Counted from the stretch's first letter, positions 10,601 to 20,207 are shown. The stretch is DNA of 32,000 nucleotides from Paramicrosporidium saccamoebae KSL3 (GCA_002794465.1 MTSL01000041.1:77113-109112); one strand, 5' to 3'. Program-made: numbers and translations. Notes: generated by a model not told the origin, from the sequence alone.

Positions 10601-11172
10601 CACTCCTCGCACCACAAAATAACCGCCCGGATCGAGGGGACATTCGCCCATTTTGGCAAATTCCCGTTCTTCTCGCGCCTTGGCCAATTGGCAATGCGAG
10701 CTCCTCAGCATGATGGGCATCCTTCCCACCGTTATCCCTTTTCGTAGCACAATCTGTCGTCCTCGGACATACTCGATATCCACCATAATAGGTGCAGCAT
10801 AAGTCAGGTCCCGTAGTCGGCATTCCTGGGGAGTGACGTGGTAAGTCACCATATTCTCCTCCACCGTCGGCTGTCCAACATAAATGTCCGTGTAGCGCAA
10901 GTAAAAGTGCGGGTCCACGTCGCTGTCCACTTTTTCGTTGGCCGCTAGGATCTTGCGCAGTTCCACGTCCACAAAATAGTTGAAAGAGTCAATATGCTGT
11001 TTGACCAGTCCCTTGACCTTGAGAAAGGCCGGCACCAATAGCCATTTGTCCTACACCGGTTACACATGGTAGCATTCCATACCTCAATGCTCTTGACGGG
11101 TGCATCTATAGACAGACCACCGTATTTGGCATTGTTGTCATAATTGTCCAAAAAATCTTTACTCTCTTCCAT
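7679..11172 (-). CDS. RPC2: RNA polymerase III second-largest subunit; exons 11172-11083 and 11050-7679 (alternative ATGs at 11196 and 11241)
   Basis: [77 protein letters not shown] and the C-terminal zinc-binding Cys residues are present. A 32-nt intron at 11082-11051 (GTATGG...GTGTAG) joins APVKSIE to DKWLL. Confidence 0.96.
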
Positions 11173-11524
11173 TGAGGATTGGGCCTTTCTGCCCATGAGC
11201 CCCGGCTCGGCCGTGGTCTGTGGTCTGCGTGAGGTTTGCATTGAAGATTCTGTGAAATAGCAAGAGTAACGTTATTGAAGCTATTCATTAAAGCTTATAA
11301 AGTCATGATAGATCACAATCCTCCATGCGAATGGAATGAAATCTAGAATCGCGCAGATATCTGGATTGTCACTGCCAATAAGTTGATAATGTCCAACAGA
11401 GCTATTTTTGATAGAGTCTATCAGTAAATCTTGGACCATAAATTATCTATGAGATTTGACCATGTATTACTTAATATAAACTCTATGCTGTGAATTGCAG
11501 GCTACTCTATTCACACGTCTTTGA

Positions 11525-12756
11525 CTACTGAACGTTGACGGCGACTTTACGCGCTCGGAATGACCATGTTCGGTACACAGTCTGATGCATAGAATGCATG
11601 TTTTGTGCATACGTCGATTCCCCAAATTGCTCATGTTCAATCTCCAATCCCACCCGCTTGCATAGCAATCGAATCTCTTCCACCGATAGTTCAATGGATG
11701 GCTCCTTAGCGTGGCCCTCGAAATGGTAGAGGAGTGGCCCCGTGTTTACCCATACCCCGCCTGTCCGTAGTAATGCATGGATCAACTCAATGTATCGCAC
11801 AATGTTTTTTGCAGTGTCGATAAAGTAGCAGGTGACAATAGCATTCCATTCTTCCTGCTGATCCTCATAGACTTCCAGAAAATCACCGGCCACCATGGAA
11901 AAATCTGCAGTGGAACCTTCAATCATCACGTCGGGGATGTGCACCTTTCTAAACTGATCCTCCAGTCTGACAGTATTGGAGAATGGAAGCGCAAATGGAC
12001 AAACGTGCATCTCATTCGGCTTCAAGTGGCGTGTCAGAAACATTTCAGCAGTCAGTAACATGAAGAGTGAAAATTCATTCCCTTGACATTTGAACCCTAC
12101 TCGATCAAAAGGTGCCATCGTTCAGTACCTTTTTGGGAAATCTCATAAGCAAGCCGGCCGAGACCTGCTCCAGGCACAAGAACAGCCGTATCTCCCCGAC
12201 CATTCGGAAATTCCGTGTCCAATTCTGTGTATAAAAAGGCATATGTGGCCTGTCGTTCCGCTGCCCCTTCATCACTCCAATCCCGCATTACCTGCCGAAG
12301 TAGACTCCTCAGACTTTCACTTTCCGTTTGAGTAAGAACCACGTCCGATGCGTTAACGCTAATAGTTCTTTCATCAGTCTTGGAAACGACATTGGCAGTG
12401 TCTTGAAATTCCAACACAGTTCGATGAACGGCAATGACTGCGTCGTAAAATTTCTGATTTTCCAGAGTGGCAGCCTCCACCCTGCTGAGCTTCTCTGCAT
12501 ATTCTGGAATTAATTTCTGGTGTTGCTCAGAGAGTGCCTCGTAGTCTCCGTTATATTTTTTCAGCGACCTTTGAGTATTACTTGCAAATGAGGAGAATGC
12601 TCGTATGATACGAATGAAATGCTCCTCTTCCAGCATCACTTCGTCTTGGGTCAATTTCGACTCTGGATGGGGAGGGAAAGGAACATTATAGTCTAGATTT
12701 CTGCAACCATGACTCAATCCGCCGAACTCACTGCAGCCATGGTCGGGATGGCCCAT
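11525..12756 (-). CDS. CARNMT1: Carnosine N-methyltransferase-like (N2227 family); exons 12756-12129 and 12096-11525, 399 aa
   Basis: RQVMRDWSDEG, VLVPGAGLGRLAYEI, CQGNEFSLFML, AGDFLEVY, IVTCYFIDTAKN and WVNTGPLLYHF are present. A 32-nt intron at 12128-12097 (GTACTG...GAGTAG) restores the frame. Confidence 0.92.
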
Positions 12757-12782
12757 TACCACCAACCGCGGTTACTCGACTA

Positions 12783-13511
12783 ATGACTGCCTCGGACCGT
12801 TTGCAGGCTGAATTGGAGGCAACCTCTGCAGCTCTCCAAACTGCCACCGGCGTCAATTATCCAACCTATGTCAGGCTATTAGAGTCATTTCTCTGCGGGC
12901 GAATGACCAAGGAGGAATTGGAGGGCGCGCTGCGAGTAGTCTTGTGCGACGACCTCGCCCGGTATGACCTGCACAACAAGTACATTGGCCTCGTGCTAGA
13001 AAAGTTAGCAGTGGTGGAGGGCGAGGCAATTCAACAATGTCAAAGCATGTTCATGGACATTACCCACGAGGAAAGCGCCCATTTGCACCTATCCAACATC
13101 CAATTGACAGCCCTCGACAAGGAATACTTTACAGACGCCACCAAACGAGACCTTCCCATTGTGCCGTTTATGGAGGAGGAAGCAGAACTGGAGGAACGCC
13201 AGGTTTCAGAGTTTACCGGTGCAGAAAAGTCGCTTGGCCGGCCATTGTTATGTCAATTGTCAGGGATGTTGCCCGATGTGGCGACGTTGCGGACAATATT
13301 GACTGCATGGCTGCGAGCCTATGAGCTAGATCCGAATAGCATTGAGGATGATCACTTGGCATTGCTGGCGCAGGGCATGGAGGACTACCTGCGAATGATT
13401 GTAGACAAAGCAAAGCATCGCACATTGGGCGAGGAAGAGGTCAATTTGAATAGCGTAAATGCGGCCTACAAGGTGAATCGGTTGCCCATAATCATGTCCG
13501 ATCTGTTATAA
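12783..13511 (+). CDS. ADA1: SAGA complex ADA1/TADA1(HFI1)-like subunit (242 aa)
   Basis: The N-terminal YVRLLESFLCGRMTKEELE...LHNKYIGLVL and the C-terminal histone-fold-like LPDVATLRTIL...LLAQGMEDYLRMIV match the SAGA-Tad1 pattern. Confidence 0.7.
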   Translation: MTASDRLQAELEATSAALQTATGVNYPTYVRLLESFLCGRMTKEELEGALRVVLCDDLARYDLHNKYIGLVLEKLAVVEGEAIQQCQSMFMDITHEESAHLHLSNIQLTALDKEYFTDATKRDLPIVPFMEEEAELEERQVSEFTGAEKSLGRPLLCQLSGMLPDVATLRTILTAWLRAYELDPNSIEDDHLALLAQGMEDYLRMIVDKAKHRTLGEEEVNLNSVNAAYKVNRLPIIMSDLL

Positions 13512-13678
13512 AGTGTAAATATCTGGTAGCGTAACAAAGGAAAATGTCCGCTCATGATTGGCGATCCTCGAGTGGCAGTCTATAAAGATGCCCTTGTAAG
13601 GATGTCGCGTAGTGGGATAATGCCGCAGATCAAATCATGCGAGGACATATCACGGATCAAGTCATGCGGAAACCCGTT

Positions 13679-13776
13679 CACTGTTCTCAAGTATTTAAAT
13701 AATCAATCCTTTACGTCACATAAATCTCACTGTTCTCAAACACACAGCTAATCAATCCTCTACGTCACAAGGATCC
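13679..13776. repeat. 49-bp tandem duplication, with a 27-bp-period duplication just upstream (13628-13668)
   Basis: cactgttctcaa occurs at 13679 and 13728, and taatcaatcctYtacgtcac at 13700 and 13749 (period 49). gatcaaRtcatgcg occurs at 13628 and 13655. Confidence 0.85.
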
Positions 13777-13993
13777 ATTCTTGCTTAGTTCATCACCAGA
13801 CGGTTTATGTAAAGACCATTGACGCGTACTAACAGTTTAAATAGGTTTTACTTGAAGCGTTACGCTTTAGGCCGGCTATTAGGCTCTTTGAGCTTGCACG
13901 CAAAGCTCATTGTGCAATCTTTAGTGGCAGTTTATTAGTCACCTACACGTGGTTGTATGCACGTAGAACACTATCCATCTCTGTCGTAGTAGA

Positions 13994-14302
13994 TTAGAGT
14001 CGCTCGTATGTATGGAGCACTTGTCTGCAGGCAGAACAGCGATGCTGCACATCCCTCGTCTTTTCCATGCAAAAGGGTATCAGACAGCATCCACACGAAC
14101 AGCCTCCTACAACTAATCCGATACACGAGAGATATGCCAGCAAGCCTGCCTTGTATTCAATGACGGTGGGATTGGTACGGCCGCAGTAGGGACATTGTAC
14201 GACAGTAGGCTCAGAGCGCAGGAGGGGGAGGGGAACAGCGATCGCCGGCGCAGACATGACCAAAGCCCCGATGGGGCCACTCAAGATCCCGATCCAAGGC
14301 AT
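13994..14302 (-). CDS. LITAF-like zinc-ribbon membrane protein (start uncertain: 14302 or 14257)
   Basis: PTVVQCPYCG, a hydrophobic Cys-rich segment (GCSCGCCLIPFC) and DVQHRCSACRQVL form the LITAF/SIMPLE domain pattern. Confidence 0.88.
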   Translation of the reverse strand: MPWIGILSGPIGALVMSAPAIAVPLPLLRSEPTVVQCPYCGRTNPTVIEYKAGLLAYLSCIGLVVGGCSCGCCLIPFCMEKTRDVQHRCSACRQVLHTYERL

Positions 14303-14588
14303 ACTTCAGCTTTAACCAATCAGACTGCGCCATGACAATACTATGGATATTGGATCGTGGCTACGAACGAGATTATGGACATTGAATCGTTACTACAGCC
14401 CTACTCATGTCGTACAGCCGTCATAGACTCTCTATATGTGCAGTAGACAAAGATATAATCAAATTTCCCTTTAATGGTACTGTCCTTGGAATGCCAAATT
14501 TTTGTACATGTGGCTAACCAATGGGAACAGGGGCAGCATCTTTTCCGTAGCGCCTTCTGTAGCGTTTACTCTACCTGCAACTTCAATA

Positions 14589-14921
14589 ATGTTTCTCGTG
14601 GCACTTTCTGCTAGTGGTGTCCTCTTTGGCGTACATTCTCGAGCTTGCACTCATGAATAGCTTATGGTTATACTGATGGTGTTGCTGGGCCACCCCCAAG
14701 TAACACAGAACATGGATGCAGCCACCATCCGCGCGACTATCAAAGCCTGTCTGATCATGGTGACTTTTTACGGGGTGGTGCTGCTACTGACGCTGGTAAA
14801 GATGTGGAGAATGAGGACCAACGGTGCGGTAAGCCTGACAGACGGTGCTTATGAGGTAGACGGCCGGGTCACCGAAGCCCATTTCGCTGCAGGAGCTGCA
14901 AGTAGACCCAAAGGGGCATGA
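14589..14921 (+). CDS. Small two-TM membrane protein (~100 aa), possibly V-ATPase subunit f/RNASEK-like; putative exons 14589-14630 and 14661-14921
   Basis: A 30-nt GTACAT...AATAG intron (14631-14660) would join MFLVALSASGVLFG in frame to LMVILMVLLGHPQ...TIKACLIMVTFYGVVLLLTLVKMWRMR, giving two hydrophobic helices. The family call rests on loose recalled similarity. Confidence 0.45.
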
Positions 14922-15311
14922 TAGCGAAGAAGAAACCAAAAAACTTGCCTAAACAAGCAGTTGTGTTAATAATAGAAATGTCTATACTGAAGCGTGTAGT
15001 GTAAGGGCTACTTTGAGAGCCTTTGGTGAATTTGGATGTAAAGGAGCGTATCATGTCCGAGAAACACAGTGTATGGAGTGTAGTTGTTTTGTGGCACTTT
15101 AAACTGAGAATTGTCATGTTGTAGGTTTAGAAACCGGAGCATTACAAATCTGCATGTGCTACTTTATTTATAATATTCTCGACCTCGGCCTTGATCTCAA
15201 CCCCAATCCTAATATCAACTTTAAATCTTGTCAACATTATGGCATTGCATCACCTTGCCATTTATATATATCCTAATCCGCCCCGCTCCCCTCCCCTCCC
15301 TCCACTCAGTA

Positions 15312-17006
15312 TTAGTGGGAGTGATGCCGGTCACGATCGGCAGGATACAGCTCGATATAGGTGTGGATCACATCATCCGTCTCTGGTCGCCACGTCCGCC
15401 AGAGCTCCAGATTAACCCTCAGCTGCTCTTCGGCAAAATGCAGCTCGCTGAAATGCTCAGCCACCGCCCGATACAGAGGCGATGCGACATTGTTGAGGAA
15501 ATATTGCTGGCCCTTGGAAAGATCGGACAGGGAACGAAAGGTCATGGGAGTGCTCTGATAGCCCAGAGCCTTTTCCCAGTCGCCTTGGTGGAAAAATTCG
15601 CAAACGAGATGGAACCCCCACCGTCGCGCCGAGTCGAACGGACGGATCGAGTTGCAAATGTCGGCAAACTTGATGATTGCAATGGAAAGCAGTCGACGAT
15701 CCTTAATTGGCAAAGGACCCTCTCCGCTATTGAGACACTTCAGAGCCCTTGAGAAAGCCCCGTCAATGCCTGAAAACTCGCGAATGTATTCGAAATGTTG
15801 GGACATGTCGGTTCCCAGGATTGACGAAACAACCAAACTGCGAAAGTCCTTCCATTGTCCCCGAGGCCAACGATGGGCAAAATTGTAACGGGGATGACGA
15901 AGGATGGCAAAGAGAACGCATGAATGCATATTCTCCAGGGCTGCCGTGTCATTGTACAGCCAGGCAACGAGCGATTCATTTTCCATCAGAAACGAATTGT
16001 TAAAGCTTGGATGGCCCACATCATGCGAAAGGGCTGCCACAAACAATGCCAATGCATCCACCGGCTTGAACATTCTCCGCATCATCATTGAGGTGTTCAG
16101 GACGTAGAAACAGCACTGGAGCACATCCACGGCGTGGTAGAAATTGTGGTATGGATTGTCATGGTAATTGTGCTCCACCACCAAGATGAATTCCTGAAAG
16201 ATTTCGCGATCCACCTCTTGCAAATCCAGCAGTTCAAACCGCTCAAAAATCAGCAGAATCACATTCAGTAGCTCGGGCCGTGACAGATTGGGAGCATAAA
16301 AGTTCCAGTCGTCAATGTAGCTTCTAAGATATTCCATCCGACTGGCTTCAATTGTGGGGAATACAGAAAGCTCGACAGGAATGTGTTTGAAGCACGAATC
16401 CACTATGGTGGCCATCCAATCAGGATCAACAAGAGCATTGCGTTGTGGCCGCAACTCTTCCAACTCCCGAATCCCCGACCTTGCTGCAGCACTGCCCAAT
16501 GTAGTTCCCGACAGCAGAAAATCGCTAAACTGCTGGACCACCTGTGATGCATCCATGTCCGTCCCGAGAAAGTACACCTGGTCCACGCCGGGAACAGTGG
16601 TGGACTCGCTGCGCATGGTAACAAGGGAAACTGAGGGTTGAATGGCTCGATGTCGGTCACTGGGAACGCTCGGATACAGTGAATGCAAGTGTCCTGCAAT
16701 CCCGCCACTGCGTGACCCGCCACATCCGTCCTCCTCTCCCTCCAAAAGCAGCACATGTGATACTCCGGTTGGATTCCTCTGCGCCATACTGTTCACCACT
16801 GACTCATAGCTGCTGCTGTAATAGACATTGGTATCCGGGGGAGCATGATGGGCCCGCACAAGCTTCAATAGTGACGAATAGGGAGAGTCCACCGAGTCGG
16901 GTAATGCCACAACGCTGCTACAAAAGTCGTCAGGAACCGAAAGGTCGAGGATTAAAAGGTATCGACGGTCCCCAAAGAGGGAGACGGCACTTCCCGCACT
17001 GCTCAT
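15312..17006 (-). CDS. Class I 3',5'-cyclic nucleotide phosphodiesterase (~564 aa; start uncertain)
   Basis: YHDNPYHNFYHAVDV, ALSHDVGHPSFNN, LENMH, ILGTDMSQH, IKFADICN and EFFHQGD are the PDEase_I metal-binding motifs. The track start at 17162 is TTG; the first in-frame ATG is at 17006. Confidence 0.92.
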   Translation of the reverse strand: MSSAGSAVSLFGDRRYLLILDLSVPDDFCSSVVALPDSVDSPYSSLLKLVRAHHAPPDTNVYYSSSYESVVNSMAQRNPTGVSHVLLLEGEEDGCGGSRSGGIAGHLHSLYPSVPSDRHRAIQPSVSLVTMRSESTTVPGVDQVYFLGTDMDASQVVQQFSDFLLSGTTLGSAAARSGIRELEELRPQRNALVDPDWMATIVDSCFKHIPVELSVFPTIEASRMEYLRSYIDDWNFYAPNLSRPELLNVILLIFERFELLDLQEVDREIFQEFILVVEHNYHDNPYHNFYHAVDVLQCCFYVLNTSMMMRRMFKPVDALALFVAALSHDVGHPSFNNSFLMENESLVAWLYNDTAALENMHSCVLFAILRHPRYNFAHRWPRGQWKDFRSLVVSSILGTDMSQHFEYIREFSGIDGAFSRALKCLNSGEGPLPIKDRRLLSIAIIKFADICNSIRPFDSARRWGFHLVCEFFHQGDWEKALGYQSTPMTFRSLSDLSKGQQYFLNNVASPLYRAVAEHFSELHFAEEQLRVNLELWRTWRPETDDVIHTYIELYPADRDRHHSH

Positions 17007-17183
17007 GCCAAGGCACAGTGCGACGTTATCGGAGGCTCCTGGCCAATCAGCGTCAGCCTCCTTGTGTATCGTGGACTGCAATAATAGATTCTTTATTTGG
17101 AGTGTGGGAGAGTATATCCGAGGGATAAAGGGAACTCTTGACAAAAGGGCGCGCCATATCAAATATCACTGTTGGGTTAGAGA

Positions 17184-18680
17184 TTATTGAGGTTGAGTTT
17201 GAGTTTGAGTTTGAGTTTGAGATTGAGGTTGAGTTTGAGATTGAGATTGAGGTTGAGACTGAGATTGAGGTTGAGGCCCAGGCTCACTTGAGGAGGGGTC
17301 TAGCACTTGGGGATATTTTTTGGAAATCACTGTTTGTAGGTGAGATCCTGCCGGTAATTTCTGGGGCTCGTCCGCTAGACAAACCAAAAGCGCTGTATCT
17401 CCAGCATCAATAATTTTCAAGTAAAGTTCAGGGATGATGAGGGCAAGAAGAAAGTATCCCACAAAGCTAGCCATGCAATCGGAGAGCTTGGCATCATACA
17501 CCATAATCCTAAATGCAACATCGGTAAATGCTGACAGGAGGGCTACGAGGGTGGAAGAAAAGAGCACAAAGCTACCGATGCAAGAGTCGCCCGCCACTTT
17601 TCCCACTGGACTCAAGGCCATCAGGTCCCAAGTCTCATTAGCAGCGGCATGGTAGGACACTCCATACAGTGCCACATGACTAAAGGCAAATTTGTTAAAG
17701 TTGCGTCCAGCCTTGTCCAGTGTCTCCTTCGTATTCATCAAGGGCTCAGACTTGATCCGAGACAATTCCAAGGCAGTCCCAAAGATCCCTCGTACCGTCG
17801 ACACTGGACTGAGTAGTATCGAGCCATAGCAGATCCCACCAAGAGATTTGGCCGCCATCACACAGGAGCGCCACACAGTCTTTTGCTTAGACACATTGTT
17901 GATCGGATCGGACGGCGGTTCTTCCCCAGTTTTCGAGTGCTTCCTATGGCGACGCTCATAGTCTATTCCAACAGTGCCCGCGACAATTGTCCGCATAAAA
18001 TTAAGTATCACCTGCGCAGTCCACCAGAGAGACAATAAATAATATATGGCGATACCAAGAGTCAGGAACATGTAACGTAGGCCAAACAATCCAACCATGG
18101 CACCGATGGCAAGGCCAGCTAGTGAAGAGTAAATGTGGGCAAGAATGGCAGTAAGGACAACAAGCCAAAAGAGCGAATGGTACTTTTGCGCAAAGTGGTT
18201 CACCTGTATCAACAAGGCGGTAGTGATTTCAATATCCCTCAGATTGCTGACATAGACTATCAGTACAATGAAGCTAATTATGCCATATACGACACCTCCA
18301 AAGATGGTGGAGTACATGCCGACTAACGCAGCCCACAGCGCAAGTACAACAACCAGCCCCAAGTTCACTAGATGAATCGTTCCCTTTGGGCATAGTCTAA
18401 TCAAAAAGTGTCCAATGACTGTCAAAGTACAAGATACAACGACAACAATCCCGGTGTGGTAGGCGAGAAGAAGAGCCCAGCTTTCGACAGCATCCACAGC
18501 CACGTCTGCCACGTTGATGTGTTCACGGATGATTCCATAGGCAGTGGCGCCCATGAAGAGTATGATGTGGACAATGAATACAATACCAGCAAGCCGATCG
18601 CGCCATTTCCCAGAGTCAACGTCAAGATCTGCTACTTCAGGGTCGAGCATGATTGCGTTGGAGGGTCTGGATCCGGCCAT
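17184..18680 (-). CDS. Choline transporter-like (CTL/SLC44/PNS1 family) protein, copy 1 (498 aa)
   Basis: WTAQVILNFMRTIVAGTVG, SLGGICYGSIL, FNKFAFSHVALYGVSYHAAANETWDL and DTALLVCLADEP match the family pattern. About 10 TM segments. Confidence 0.85.
   Translation of the reverse strand: MAGSRPSNAIMLDPEVADLDVDSGKWRDRLAGIVFIVHIILFMGATAYGIIREHINVADVAVDAVESWALLLAYHTGIVVVVSCTLTVIGHFLIRLCPKGTIHLVNLGLVVVLALWAALVGMYSTIFGGVVYGIISFIVLIVYVSNLRDIEITTALLIQVNHFAQKYHSLFWLVVLTAILAHIYSSLAGLAIGAMVGLFGLRYMFLTLGIAIYYLLSLWWTAQVILNFMRTIVAGTVGIDYERRHRKHSKTGEEPPSDPINNVSKQKTVWRSCVMAAKSLGGICYGSILLSPVSTVRGIFGTALELSRIKSEPLMNTKETLDKAGRNFNKFAFSHVALYGVSYHAAANETWDLMALSPVGKVAGDSCIGSFVLFSSTLVALLSAFTDVAFRIMVYDAKLSDCMASFVGYFLLALIIPELYLKIIDAGDTALLVCLADEPQKLPAGSHLQTVISKKYPQVLDPSSSEPGPQPQSQSQPQSQSQTQPQSQTQTQTQTQPQ
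17187..17276. repeat. Coding hexamer microsatellite (TTGAGN)x15 encoding an X-Q dipeptide tail
   Basis: 15 consecutive 6-bp units. The minus strand reads PQPQSQSQPQSQSQTQPQSQTQTQTQTQPQ, then stop. Confidence 0.9.
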
Positions 18681-18779
18681 TGGTTACCTGTATTAGGACG
18701 TGCCGAGGACCAATAGGATTGAAGCTGCCTTTTCAAAGTTTATTAGATTCTGTAAGTAGAGTCCTCGGTCTGCTGAATG

Positions 18780-20081
18780 CTAACAATTCTCAACCTCTGA
18801 TAGCTGGGGAAAGGTCCGCTCGAGTGTCTCAAATAATCGGGGCGCGCGCTTCTTTACCTTTTCAGGCTGCTCCGCCAAGGCAATCAGCATGGATAGATGG
18901 CCGTGGTCAAGAATCATAAAGAACAAAGTCGGTATGACTGCACCAAACACGCACAGCTCTAAAAACATTAACACACTCTGCCTCTCATCTGCGCCAAAGA
19001 TCAAAATCCGCGAGAATATGGTGAGGAACGCGGAGAGGAGGGCAATCATGGAGGTGGCCTGTGAGAGACTGTAGGAGACAGTATTTGCACTGTATACAGC
19101 CATTACGCCGGTGGACTGTACCGTGTCCCAGGTTTCTCGGGAGGACTGCATAAAGGGGCGCCGGTCGGTGATATGGTTGAATGCGAAATAGTTAAAGGCC
19201 CGAGGCTGGGTGGAGGACAGACTGATGATAAACAGACCCAGGGACCAGCGAAGGACACTGTAGACGGCAGAAATCAGCAGGACCGCCGCAGAACCGACAC
19301 AGATGTTATCCATCCCGTGGGAGAGCGTGTCCTTAACAACAGATCGCATCAGGCCGCTGGGAGGAGCACCTGTGGTAGTGAAAAAATTGGCATATACTCT
19401 GGCCGTAATGCTCCGAAGCGTGCCCAATATAACCTGACACGTCCAGAAAATATTCATAAAGAGATATATCGCAATGTAATACGAGTAGGCCTGCAGAGAG
19501 TCGGGTAGAGCAGCAAGGAAGCCAGCCCATGCGAGGATTGCAAGCTGCACGTAAAAGTAGATTAGAAGTGCACCGATGGGAGGGATGTAGTACAATCCTG
19601 GGTTCGCGTCAGCACAGATACAGGTGGCCCGTAATAGTTGTCCAGAGAATTGGTACGAGGCCCGACCCCGCCAATACCTCCACCCTAAAAAGAGCGACAC
19701 CAAGACCATTAAGATGGAGATGAGATAGTTATAAGTGGCTATGAAAAGGGCGTACAGGAGGAGAAGCAAGATGGTCCCACCAGCAGCCATGTGTTGGAAT
19801 GCCACGGGGGCCTTTCTCGCAATAATCATGGCCACGACGACAAACCCCGTGGAGATGACAATCTCGTAACTGGACATCATAATGGCTCTCTTAGCAGTGC
19901 CACCAAGTCCCATGTGTTCGAGGAAGCCGACTGCAATGCAGCTGATCGCTAATATCATGCTCATCGACAAATGGATCCAGAAGGATGCTGACATGACCTG
20001 GCCCACAGTATCACAAGGCTCGTCGAATTCCTCCTCGGGATAACTGCATGGCGGCTCTCCTGACATTATCATCCAATGCAT
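18780..20081 (-). CDS. CTL/PNS1-like protein, copy 2, more diverged (433 aa; alternative ATG at 20066)
   Basis: WTCQVILGTLRSITARVY, NICVGSA, FNYFAFNHI...SSRETWDTV and LIALAEQPE...LERTFPQL align with copy 1 and with the family pattern. Confidence 0.75.
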   Translation of the reverse strand: MHWMIMSGEPPCSYPEEEFDEPCDTVGQVMSASFWIHLSMSMILAISCIAVGFLEHMGLGGTAKRAIMMSSYEIVISTGFVVVAMIIARKAPVAFQHMAAGGTILLLLLYALFIATYNYLISILMVLVSLFLGWRYWRGRASYQFSGQLLRATCICADANPGLYYIPPIGALLIYFYVQLAILAWAGFLAALPDSLQAYSYYIAIYLFMNIFWTCQVILGTLRSITARVYANFFTTTGAPPSGLMRSVVKDTLSHGMDNICVGSAAVLLISAVYSVLRWSLGLFIISLSSTQPRAFNYFAFNHITDRRPFMQSSRETWDTVQSTGVMAVYSANTVSYSLSQATSMIALLSAFLTIFSRILIFGADERQSVLMFLELCVFGAVIPTLFFMILDHGHLSMLIALAEQPEKVKKRAPRLFETLERTFPQLSEVENC

Positions 20082-20207
20082 TGGTGGACAGCTTTGTTTT
20101 ACTCGTTCTCCGGTTGGTTCAGCCTAATGAACCAATTAAAATGTATAAAATTTGAATAAATATCAAAGCCTTTGATACGATATGAGATGTAATGGAATTG
20201 AACGAAA

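Noticed and set aside
11409-11423. TGATAGA-G-TCTATCA, superficially tetO-like
   Set aside because: The arms are in the opposite order to tetO, 7-bp arms are expected by chance, and the context is eukaryotic.
17053-17157. 34-aa ORF (MARPFVKSS...) upstream of the PDE as a possible first exon
   Set aside because: I found no GT-AG pair that joins it in frame to the PDE. A CCAAT motif at 17043 favours the ATG at 17006.
17138-17413. Plus-strand ORF with an EFEFEFEIEVE repeat
   Set aside because: It is the opposite-strand reading of the (TTGAGN)15 microsatellite inside the CTL copy 1 CDS, and it begins with TTG.
20161-20177. Interrupted palindrome TATCAAAG-C-CTTTGATA (HMG-box-like sites) in the CTL2/CTF18 spacer
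   Set aside because: 8-bp arms with a 1-nt spacer are expected roughly 0.5 times per 32 kb by chance, and there is no second occurrence.
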